A DNA stretch of 64,000 bases from Lytechinus pictus (Eukaryota): positions 68,572,001 to 68,636,000 of the forward strand of contig NC_087246.1 of the NCBI RefSeq assembly GCF_037042905.1, read 5' to 3'. The notes under the pieces were generated by a model. It was not told the origin of the DNA and searched no databases. It saw only the letters and a list, made by a program, of their open reading frames with translations. The position numbers and the translations under genes were made by a program. Positions 26,190 to 37,242 of this stretch are shown here, one piece after another (the first letter of the stretch is position 1; each line of letters begins with the position of its first letter).

Positions 26190-26202
26190 ATATCACGGAA
26201 CA

Positions 26203-26441
26203 CACAGCAAAAACTGTGGTGTTAACCGGTGTACATAGAGGACCACACCAGTTATTTTACTCCGGTGTTAAATTGATGGTGTTAGTTTAACACCTATAGG
26301 TGTTATTACAACACATTTGGTTGTTACATTTACACTCTTTGGTGTTATGTTCAATCTCTAGGGTGTAATTTTAACACCTCGGGGTGTGGTCCTCTATTAA
26401 CACCAACTGGTGTCAGTTTTAACACCACAGTTTTTACAGTG
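26203..26441. mobile_element. CAC...GTG MITE (CMC/EnSpm-like), TSD CA
   Basis: ca|cacagcaaaaactgtggtgttaa ... ttaacaccacagtttttacagtg|ca; internal atagaggaccacacc / ggtgtggtcctctat. Confidence 0.85.
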
Positions 26442-26608
26442 CATATTCGGTTACTGGTATATCCATTCTTGGTACTTACGATGTAGAATAGAATCTTATT
26501 TAAGTAGTTTGAAACTCTATGCTATCCCATCTTTATTTTCCTATTCTGCTAGCTATGATACTGATTGGCACTTAACCTTCCTTTTTATTTCTTATTTTTC
26601 ATATACAG

Positions 26609-26673
26609 GTAATGGGTATATCGAAGGCTCAGAACTGACCAGCTTCTTAAGGGAGTTTTTACAGTCCGAAATG
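26609..26673 (+). CDS. Calbindin/calretinin-family protein, coding exon 2 (completes EF-hand 1)
   Basis: Branch-like CTTAAC at 26571, long polypyrimidine tract, acceptor TACAG|GT. Phase 1 start completes Gly from exon 1, giving (G)NGYIEGSELTSFLREFLQSEM; donor ATG|GTAGGT at 26674 (phase 0). Joined loop DEDGNGYIEGSE is a canonical 12-residue EF-hand. Confidence 0.92.
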
Positions 26674-26985
26674 GTAGGTCATAATGACTTCATAGATTGA
26701 ACTTGGTGTAACTCGCCAGAAATATTGGAATATTGTAAATTTCAGTTTTAAAATGTGATGTTTTTAAATTACCAATCTGAATGCTATATCCATTACACTG
26801 GAATTGCCCGTTTGCAACGTCTTAAATGAAGAAATTAAAACGACTCAAAGTCAAATATCCCAAAAGATAAAAATATATTTACCATCTTCAAGGAAATATT
26901 GTCAGGTCATATTATAGACGACAATATGTTGGAGTTTTGATTTTGCATATTGATTTAGAGATCAAAGGTTTTCTGTCATGATTAA

Positions 26986-27559
26986 AGGGATGGTCAAGGC
27001 TGAATATATTTCTATCTCTAGAGTAATATTTACAAAGCAAAATGCTGAAAATTTGATCAAAATCGGATAACAAAGAACGAAGTTATTGAATTTTAAAGAT
27101 TTGCATTATTCCGGTGAAGCAGTTCTAGGCAAGTCTTTATGAATATTCATTAGGTGGGCTAATGATGTCATATCCCTACTTGTTCTTTTATATTTTATTA
27201 TATGAAATAAGGTTTATTAAAAAAACTTCTACCAAGAACTCAAATAATTGGATTGACAACTGATTAAGTGCATTAGTTACCGCCACTTATTTCATCATAA
27301 TGGAGACACATCATTTACACATTTATGAAAATATGAAACATTAATGATTTCATGTAATAACATAAGAAAAACGAATGTGGGGATGTGACATCATCAACCC
27401 ACCTAATGAATATTCATGACGATGTGCATTTAACTGTTTTCACAAAATATTGATAAACATTAATATTCAATGGAATATTTGATGGAATTTTTAGCATTTT
27501 GCTCTGCGACTTTTACTCTATTTATTTAAATATAGATATTTTCAGCCCGGACCATCCCT
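26986..27559. mobile_element. Kolobok-like fold-back element, family AGGGATGGTCCGGGCTGAA, copy 1
   Basis: TTAA|agggatggtcaaggctgaa ... ttcagcccggaccatccct|TTAA; colinear with 44306-44889. Confidence 0.88.
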
Positions 27560-28774
27560 TTAAAATAATGCCAAAGTACCCCATTAGCGTGCCTCGGTAG
27601 AGAATACATGCCATGACCCACCGCGTGTTCCTGACATGGATTCGATTTAATGTGACCATGCATATTTTTTTATTCTGCCCATCTCTGGCCTCCAATATTA
27701 GGCATCCTAAGTATGATAAGTGTACGCTACTTCTTTTGGTTTTACCGGGTGTTATGACACTAAAGTGCCGTTCACATATTGCTTAGCTTTATGAAGCGCC
27801 CGAAAATAAGGCCCATATTTTAATACGGTGTATGTAAGTTGGGAGAAAGAAGTATACAACTATCCACAACGAATAATTACAGGCATTGATATTTGGAATA
27901 GAAAAATATCATTCTTGGGTACTTATGAGTTCCTTACCGTAGTCGTATTTTGTTTAATTGATTTTTTTGGTATGTTGCACCAAGTCAATACACTCGATCC
28001 GATGGTATGCCTAGTTCAAATCGCACACGTAATGTGAAAAATCATTTTACACGTCAATCAGCAAGGGAGAGGAGGGGCGGGGTGGGGGCGTGTAACATAA
28101 ACAAAAAATGAGAGCTGCATGGAACACACTCGTGTAATTTTCTTCGTGTCATAATGAATGATTCAAAGAAAAAATAGATTTTCATACGGAATAGGGTTCA
28201 TAATTAATTATTCACTACTTTTTTATATTAACGTTTCTGCAAGGGTGACATGCATGGAGATGGGTTCACTGTCATAATTATCTAGCAAGGACGTTTTGAA
28301 GTAGCGTTATGTGGGAACGACGCTTATTTTGATAGCAGGCCCTTCCAAGGAGTTATTAGGCCTCTGAAAAGACATCTACTTCATCGTAAGGCCATCGATC
28401 CCCTGGGATAGGCAAGCCTGAAATAATTCAAAAGACTAACACCTTACTCGCGTGAGCGTGTCGAATAAAGCACTAAACCAGGCCGGAGAAAGGTATTCAA
28501 GCAGTGATAGTCCCATACATTGATATGCGTGGAACCATACATCCCTGATTAGAGAAGGGCCACTAGGTGACAAAAGAGGGCAGAAAAGATACATTCGTTT
28601 GCCCGGGTTTATGTCCTGGAAAGGTCATTTATCATACAGAATAAAATGATGAGTATCCGAATCATTATAAGTTGTCATGACTTGTATTGATAATATGCCA
28701 CACTGATTCTTCGTTTAACCTAAATTGAATTTTGTCACCATTATGAAGCCACACTCTGGTATCTATTATACTGT

Positions 28775-29097
28775 GGGCGCGACGCGGTCTAGTGGTTCTG
28801 ACTCTCGCCTTTCAAACAGAGGGTCGCGGGTTCGAATCATAGCCATGGCGTGTTTTCCTTCGGCAAGAAATTTATCCACACTGTGCTGCACTCGATCCAT
28901 GCAGGTGAGGTGAATGGGTACCCGGTAGGAAGAAATTCCTCGAATGCTCGAGCGCCCGATCCATGTAGCCGTGCTAAAGCCGGGGTAATAATAACATTAT
29001 CATGTTAAGAAGGGCCCGCTGGTAGACAAGGTTTCAGAACTGAAGTGGCTTCCCGGGGTAATATATGACGCTATTATTTATTTGTTATTATTACTGT
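28775..29097 (+). mobile_element. tRNA-derived SINE
   Basis: Pol III A box (gcggtctagtgg) and B box (ggttcgaatc), central ...ggtgaggtgaatgggtaccc core, LINE-like 3' stem-loop, (TAT)n tail. tactgt flanks both ends (possible TSD). Confidence 0.88.
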
Positions 29098-30014
29098 ATT
29101 ATGAGTAATTATCTTCTTGGGGTTTTAATATTTGAGAAAATACTGTCACTAAACTGGAAGAATGACAGTAGTTTCATGATGCCTTTAACACATTTTCAGA
29201 CAACTCATGGTTAATGGGGGAAAGAGCGACAGACAGACAAAGAGGATGAGAGAGAGAGAGAGAGAGCAAAAGGGAAAGAGGACATGATTACCATTACGAA
29301 AATGATATTGGCTCCCCGAACATGCACTCATCATTCCCCCACATAAATATGTTTCTCCAATATGAGCAGATTATGTTTGGGTTATTTCCAGTCTGCCTCT
29401 CCCTAAGTTTCCTCTGTATATAATAGACAACATATTCCTCGACTATACCTGTAGTGACCACCACTGCTTAATGGCGCCGTCTCGCACTACAGCCCTTAAA
29501 AATATTAATTCCAAAGTTATATTTTTCATACTTTGCTAAAAGTGGAATGAACTTGAAAGGAGACATTTGAAATGTTATTTGCTCACCATAAATCTTGGGG
29601 GACCTTCCAAGAAAATGTTATAAAAAAGGGATGATACTAGTATAGTAAATCAAAACCTGGGATTCGACCACCACCCTTCGTCTTAACAAATACCCCTTAA
29701 GACACATCCCTGGAGAATCCAAACCTTTGAAAAACTTATACCAATTACAACCGATCGGCAAGATTGCAAGCACTGCACTCTACCTTCATTGAGGCGTGTG
29801 TCGATGAGGCGTAGTAATCATGGAACACATCTCTGGAGAAGTTCAAGAAAACATCGATAATAATGCCATTTCTAAACAAACATACAGGGTGCATGATTTA
29901 GGGGTGATGGATTCCTGTACCCCACGATTTAAAGTCAGCCGTACCGACTTCCTTATTTCAATTTTACGAAGCATGCACGTAATCCTCATGTCACACCTAC
30001 GAAACCGACTCCTG

Positions 30015-30554
30015 GGGTCCGTTGCAGAAAGAGTTGCGTTTATGCGCGCTGTTGATTGGTTGAAAATCAAGTTGCGCATGATTTTTAGAGTTGCGTTTGA
30101 TTGCAACACGTGTTTACATGTGATCGGCTTTTGCATCGGCTCGCGGTTCTGAACCGCGAGCCGATGCAGAATCGGCTTTTTTGTTGCGTGTAAACGCGAT
30201 TAACTTGCATCGGCTCTCGGTTCAGAATCGGCAATTTTGCACCACCAAAGTAGTAGGTTCAGAACCGCGAGCCGATGCAGAATCGGATTTTTTACTACGT
30301 GTAAACAGAAAGCTGATTCTGCATCGGCAATTTCATTTACTTTACCATTATGACGTAGTTGTAAGCGCACGGATCCAGCGTTGTCTTTATTATGACGTAT
30401 ATCGTTGGTGTGCGGATCATTCCAGATTTTTGACACGCGAGCCGATGCAGCGTGTAAACGCGGTGCAAGATAAACCCAAAAGCCGATTCTGCATCAGCTT
30501 TTGACTCTGAACCAAAAGCCGATCACATGTAAACACGGTATTTGCAACGGGCCC
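30015..30554. mobile_element. Harbinger-like MITE containing a nested fold-back element (30109-30537)
   Basis: Outer ctg|gggtccgttgcagaaa ... tttgcaacgggccc|cag. Inner 25-bp perfect TIR cgtgtttacatgtgatcggcttttg / caaaagccgatcacatgtaaacacg with repeated gaaccgcgagccgatgcagaatcgg. Confidence 0.8.
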
Positions 30555-33329
30555 CAGACCAGACAAGGGTTATTACGATATTACCAATGATAGGGTCCAT
30601 GGACAGACTATCGGTCGGTTTGGAGTCAATGCCATTGGTATGACTGTAACATCAACAGCGTACATAATTATCCAGGCTAGGATTCAGGGTTTGTGGTTTG
30701 TCGAGCTTTAAGGCAAGGAGCAAAAAGAAATATAGATTTGATTAAATCAATATAATGGACATGATGGATAGAGCAACGCGTTCAGTGTACCTGACAGAAT
30801 AATCGAAGTAAGTAATGAAATAAAATGAATGTTAGGTCAATTGAGCAAAAGTTGATCTGGGTATATAGAAAAAGGAAGATGAGAGAAGGAGGAATTATGG
30901 ATTGGTGATCGTCCACCCCCCCCCCCCCGCCATTGTTTAGTGGACTATAAAAGTCGCCATCTATATGATAGTAAGGATAGAAAACAAGTATAAATCGGGG
31001 CAGATCTCTTTCGTTTAGATAATGAATAAGAAGGGCGATAGACAACATGAAATCATTTTGAAAGCTGTCGTGTGTGTGTGAGGGGGGGGGGGAGATATTT
31101 CCCCTCCACCCCTAATTAATTTTGAATTCACTCCATGCTTTCACCAAGAGTGGGTGGTGGAAATGAACTGGGGGCAATCGGGTGAACACAGATTGGCGTG
31201 AAACCCATGTAGATTTGAATATTTTATGTGAGGTTTCCGTGATCCAAGGGGTAAAGTTGAAGTTAGAACGAAGTTAAACAAGAGAGACGTGGTTAGTGAT
31301 TCTGAAAACTTTTTGAATGGATTTAAACGCTTATTCTAGAAGAGATGCAGAAAATCAAAGGTATCACATTTGAAGGAAAGAAAAAAAAGGGAGCAAATTT
31401 AGCCCATTTCATTTTTACTTTTTCGTTGATCAGTTTTAGCAAGGAAGTACCAGTACTATGGTATAGTCACATGGCATTGCAAACATTAAGAGAAAAACAG
31501 GTTGGACGGGAGACATGACAAAGAGAAAGATAGGGCGCATAGTATAGAGCACACGTACACAGAAAGATATTGATGTTGATCTCAACCGGCATTTAATTCT
31601 CCTTCTTGCTGTATTCAAATGATGATCGAAATCCATTGAGGACTTCAACCATCGTTGCGTGAAGAAAAGGAGGTGCTCGACCGAAGAAGATCGCACTTCG
31701 AAGGAGATTGCGCAGGCGCCTTTGCTATTCCCGTGGGAATGCTAAGGGGGGATAGTTCTGGAACGATTACGTTCCGCCTTTCATCAATGAGAGGACCTAT
31801 AGTTGATCAGTGCACTTCAGACGTCTGACCTTGGATTGTCCAATGATGGAAAAATATCATTTTTACGAAAGCTAAATGAGAGAATCAAAATGATGCAAGA
31901 AATTTAGCAGTTTGATCGTGCAGGTATAGATTTAAAGATTTATACATAATAGCAAAGAAATACTCTGTTTTCCCCTTATACATGTACATGTACATTAGAT
32001 CTCACGGTCTCTGTGGCTTTTCCCAATTGATTCTCGGTGTTACCCGATATAACCCATACCATTTTGTCCTTTATCAGAGGAACATACGAAAAGATATTGA
32101 AACTAATGCTTATTAATTTGCAAACTCATTAACTAAATCGATTACTTCTTTTTAAATTCTATGTTCATATCTTATTAAGATAATACCGCACATGGAAAAG
32201 AAATACCGCATAGATACCGACATGACAGGCTTAAAGAAAACAACACGGGGATTTATTATGTTAAAATAATCCGGGGAATATTAGAAACTACTCGGTTTGA
32301 TCACGTGACAGTGAATCATTCATGTCAGTACCTTTCAGAATACTCCCTGTTTTATACCCGATTAGGAAGCCTGTTGAGCCGAGCTGTTAAAACACCGCAA
32401 AAAAAATGACGAATCGCCGTCTTATACTATCCACCTCTTCATGCATTTCTATTTAAAGATATCAAATTACCTCGAAGAATAAATGATTATCTGATGGTAT
32501 ATGTCTATGTAAGCCAATACGTAAAATGACTTTCCAATGTCACGTGAAGAAAGCATTCACCTATAAAGGGGCAAGCCTTGTGTGTGAGCCTTGGAACGAA
32601 CCGTTAGCTTTCAAAATGTCGTCTTTCTCAGTAAGTTTCTCATCCGAGATATTGACTCTAGCCGGTAAGGGTGCTGTGATATCATGGTGATGAACTGACA
32701 ATGACACACTGAGAGTCAAGCAAAACAAGAAGATCTCAAGTGTGAAGATTAAATGGAGTGTGAATACTTGAGAAATAGGGAGAGGGGGAAAGAGAATAAG
32801 AGAGAGAGAGAGAAAGGGAAAGGGAAATTAATAGAGAGAGAAGAGGAGGGGACGGGTGGAAGATGGACGAAATGTAAGACTTTTAAACAATAGGAGTACG
32901 CCTCCGTTTATCTAAAACCAATATTTCAGAAAAATAAAGAAAATTAGTTAATTTTCTGGCGTTCTCATTATCTCAATTTATCAGTATATAAATCAGGAAT
33001 TTGTTGTATATTATATTGAAACTATTGAAAGATAAATAAATACATTTCAAATGAAGGTGGCTAGAAAGAATGAAATTGATTTTTCTCTCTATCTCCGTCT
33101 TTGAAGTTTAATTTTTATATTTTCATGAATCATGATGAAGCCTCCTCCATTTTTGTTTGATTGCTATACATCATAAAATAATGACAGCTTTATACAAAGT
33201 CGAATAAGTTACGAGGTTTAATAAAGTAGAAAAGTTGAGAACTTAATTTGAAACTTTTTACATTTCATGCCTCTTGATATTATTCTATTCTAATATTGCT
33301 TCTACTGAATGCAGCTGATTCACAATCTG

Positions 33330-33574
33330 CACTGTCAAAATATTGGGTAAAATTTTAACCAGCACGTGGGTAATTATGTGTCCAACCAATTTGGGGCAGT
33401 ATTTTACCAAATGCGGGAAGCATATTGTCCAGTAAGGTTAAAAGCAGAAATTACTTTGGAATGGCAAAATTTTCATCACACTGGATAAATAAAAATACCC
33501 AAAAGAAATGCCCAATGTTGGTCAGACACATAATTACCCTCGTGAAACATTTTTACCAAATATTTTTTAGAGTG
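33330..33574. mobile_element. CAC...GTG MITE, TSD TG
   Basis: tg|cactgtcaaaatattgggtaaaa ... ttttaccaaatattttttagagtg|tg; internal gggtaattatgtgtc / gacacataattaccc. Confidence 0.8.
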
Positions 33575-36500
33575 TGTGCAAACAAATATATTTCGTTACA
33601 TAAACCTCGTGCACAGTGATGGGCTTTTTACACGAAGTCCAATTTTGATAGATTTTAGGATTACATTGATTTCATAGTTGGTTTGCGTTTCATAATGAAT
33701 TTTCTAGTTATCCCTTATTCATTACAGAAATACGCTTTGAGAGATTGTAAAAAATATATACTTGTTTGTTCTAGAAACGCTTTTTGCTGCATATGGAAAA
33801 TGGTAAATTATACAAACTCCACAAAATAATTAAGATACAAATTTACCCTTTGCCTGTTAAAACTTGGATGTAATTTCCATTAATTTCTTTCTCCAAAATT
33901 CTTTATTAAAGTTAATGATATTAAACATATTTATACGATATTTTGTGGTAAATTATTAGGCCTTCTGTGGTATTGTCAAATCATGATTGTAATTGGATTC
34001 GGGTTTTCTTATTCAAATATACTTGACTGATATTTTTCAATAATCGGTAGCATTATTGAAAGTGACATTTTTCATGATCTTTATTTCTTCTTATTATTTT
34101 TTGTCAGAAAGGGTGCAACATTAAAATTCTTGTAATTCTTTAGTATCTTTTCATTACTGAATATAAAGTATATTGATAATCAAAATATTATATTGGATTG
34201 AAGTCGTGTTCTATTATAATTTATATTGAAATTCCAATATAAATTGTATTCATCATAATTATAAACAATGATGATTTATATCATGGGATGTAAATTCTAT
34301 GCCTGCCTTTAAGCAAAGCAATAACGTTGCATTCTACAGAAAAGAGTCTTCCCAGATATATTGAAAGTAGATTCGAGGCAGTAACTGCATGGATGAAAGT
34401 GTTGGTGCCGCGCTTCTTCGATGCGTTTTAAATGCTTTAATAATAATTGTCAAAACTGCAATATCCGTAGTCAGAAGTTCTCATCATATTAAATTGAGAA
34501 AATATTGGACTTAGCAAAATATTACATTTGAAGCAGAAATCCCGGAAGAATGTGTTTTCATTTTCTCTTGATTGGCAATAATTGCTTATCTTCCCCCCTC
34601 CCACCTCTTTCTCTCTCTCTCCCTTATATCTTATTTCCCCCCCCCCCCCCTTCCTCTTTCCCCTCCCGCTTCTTGAAATTCTAAGTCATTTTCAAAGTTC
34701 TGAAAATTCAATGGTGACTTTTATCTTACTGAATCCATTTCCCGTCTCGATCTCTTGCCCCGCGCCCCATCGCCCTCATTATCTCAGCATGCAGTGTCTG
34801 TGCTTTTTTACACCATATCCTTTTCGTCTTTCCTCCTTCATTGCGACATCCAGTGTTCACCATCCCTTTAACAATTTTTATGTTCCAATCTTCATGTCTT
34901 CCTTCTTTTCGTCTTTAGTAGGATGTGAAAGTGAACAAAAATCCTGTCAGTTAACTAATGAAAAATATGCATATGTGTAAAAATGTGTAGTTAATTATTG
35001 ATATGATAACAATATTAAACACCTGTTTGATAAAAACCATCATCGTTGCCTTGATATTTTGAACTTTGATTGAAGGAATTTTAGCCTTTTCCGAGCCTCT
35101 TTAAATAATGATTCATCTTAATATACTTCTGAATTCATTTTTGCACTCATTTATTAATAACGGGTTCCGGATGTAAAAGTAGGTTTAAAACATTTACGTT
35201 CCCCTTGGGGTAGCAGCGAAACAGATAACAGAACGTGTCAGTGCAATCCATTCGGTAGACACGTTTAACCTTTCTGGGACTGTAAGGTGTCTTTAATTAT
35301 GCACAAAGAAACTAGCTTTGGCTACTCTCGTGTGACAAAACGTTATAATGAAAATAATGATCTGCTCTAAATTCCTGCCCCAAAGCTTCATCATCATGAG
35401 GCATATTTAGAGGGTAGATTTTTTTTTAATCTAAAATCACCTCAGTTTATCTTCTAGTATGTACGTCATTACTGGATCGTTTGAACGATTCCAACGATCT
35501 ACAAGCAGATGATTTATTCGCTAATTAATGACAATTTATTGATTAATGTAGGCTATGTAAATATATAATTCCTCACGTCAAAAAGCATAATATGTTTATA
35601 ATTCAAGACTATAGTGGGAATGTACTAGCATTGAATGCGAAAATGATAAGGTAATTCCAGGGTATTTTATTTGTATATCTATATACATAAACATTATAAT
35701 ATAAATTGCTTTCCTATTCGACCAATGCTTTAAACTTTGGAACATCAGTAGGTATTCTTTGTGGTAATATAAAATTCAATTTATGTCAAAGTAAGGCAAT
35801 GACTGCAATGAATGAAGCCACATGCCAGTGAAGTCAAAACCTATATACAAGAGGTACAGCAAAATCCATTCCAAACTGCATTTCAATTAAATAAACACTC
35901 TTTAGTATAATTACTTATTAATTGATTGAAATTATATTTAGTAATTAGGTTAACTGTTACTCATGCGTGATTTAGACGTCCCGAACTTTGCTTTAACTTA
36001 AACCAGGGTCTATTTTAGTGTAACAATGCGAAGCCAAATGTGACACCAATATCTAGAATTTGAAAACCAATTTATCATTACATTTGACATTCATATCAGT
36101 AAATATTTCATATAATGTTAAATACACTAGTTTTTTCACCATTAAACCTTGGAAATAATCCTAGTAAATACATGAAGCATTATTATAAAAGAAATGACAT
36201 TTTTAGCTTCCCGTGATTTTAGCACGGACTGAGACGATGGGTTTAAGTAAAACGGGAGTTCAGAATACGTGCCCCGGTATTTCCCACGTTATAATCCTTC
36301 ATAAAATCCCTGTTCAAAGCCTTGACACCTTGAAATGGGGTTTTGATTATTAAATGTAATATGATAACCCTCATTCATTATTCCTGTCTGTATAGTGTGA
36401 AGTTTTGATTATAGGTATAGCTGTGACGTCATTAGAAGGATGGTGGCCACTTCTTGCTTTTGATGGAACTGTATTCACAACTGCGCTTATATTCCTCAAA

Positions 36501-36892
36501 CATTTTACTTTTCGTGTTATTGATACTTTCCAATAAATACTATTTAAAACATATTTCAGTAAAACAAAAACTTACTGAAACATGAACATTTTGGAAATGC
36601 ACTTGAGCCCCTCACGTACGATGACTGTCTGTCACGCCCTTTACACCCAATGCACGCCATAACGTGTAAAAGCGAGTCTCCTCGTTATAAGTCTCTACAG
36701 CCTTTCATGTCCCACGTGACTTGGTAATTAATAATTTATAGCTAATCTCTTTGACCCAAGGCTTCGGTGGATATGAATATTACATGATTCAATCTACCCT
36801 AGAAATTATCAATACCGAGGGTTTAAATAAATGCAAGTTAATCCCGAACCCAAATGCAGGGAATAGGCTTGATGTGTAATTGATTTATACAC

Positions 36893-37242
36893 ACTTTCCC
36901 ATAACAATGAAACGAATTTCCGCATTATATTCTGTTTCATTTTACCTCTCTTTATGTCATTTATTTGCTCTTTCCTCCTATTCCGAGTTCTCTCTTTTAT
37001 AAATACCAAATTTATTTTGAATTTTATTCGCCATATTCTATTCCATCTTCGAGCATGGCGATTGTATCTACTTTCCCATAACAATGAAACGAATTTCCGC
37101 ATTATATTCTGTTTCATTTTACCTCTCTTTATGCCATTTATTTGCTCTTTCCTCCTACTCCGAGTTCTCTCTTTTATAAATAACAAATTTATTTTGAATT
37201 TTATTCGCCATATTCTATTCCAGCAATGAGCATGGCGTTTGT
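36893..37242. repeat. 177-bp direct tandem duplication (2 copies)
   Basis: ctttcccataacaatgaaacg at 36894 and 37071; gagcatggcg at 37051 and 37228; few mismatches. Confidence 0.95.

Larger units (their letters stand above)
556..26608 (+). other. Intron 1 of the calbindin-like gene (26,053 bp, GT-AG, phase 1)
   Basis: GTAAGA donor and polypyrimidine-CAG acceptor. Frame and EF-hand motif are continuous across the junction. Confidence 0.88.

Noticed and set aside
28775-28850. tRNA-like sequence
   Set aside because: Continues into a SINE body and tail, so it is not a standalone tRNA gene.
31821-31907. Candidate exon 3 (cttcag|TSDLGLSNDGKISFL...)
   Set aside because: Weak acceptor, no preceding helix, and it runs to a stop with no donor.
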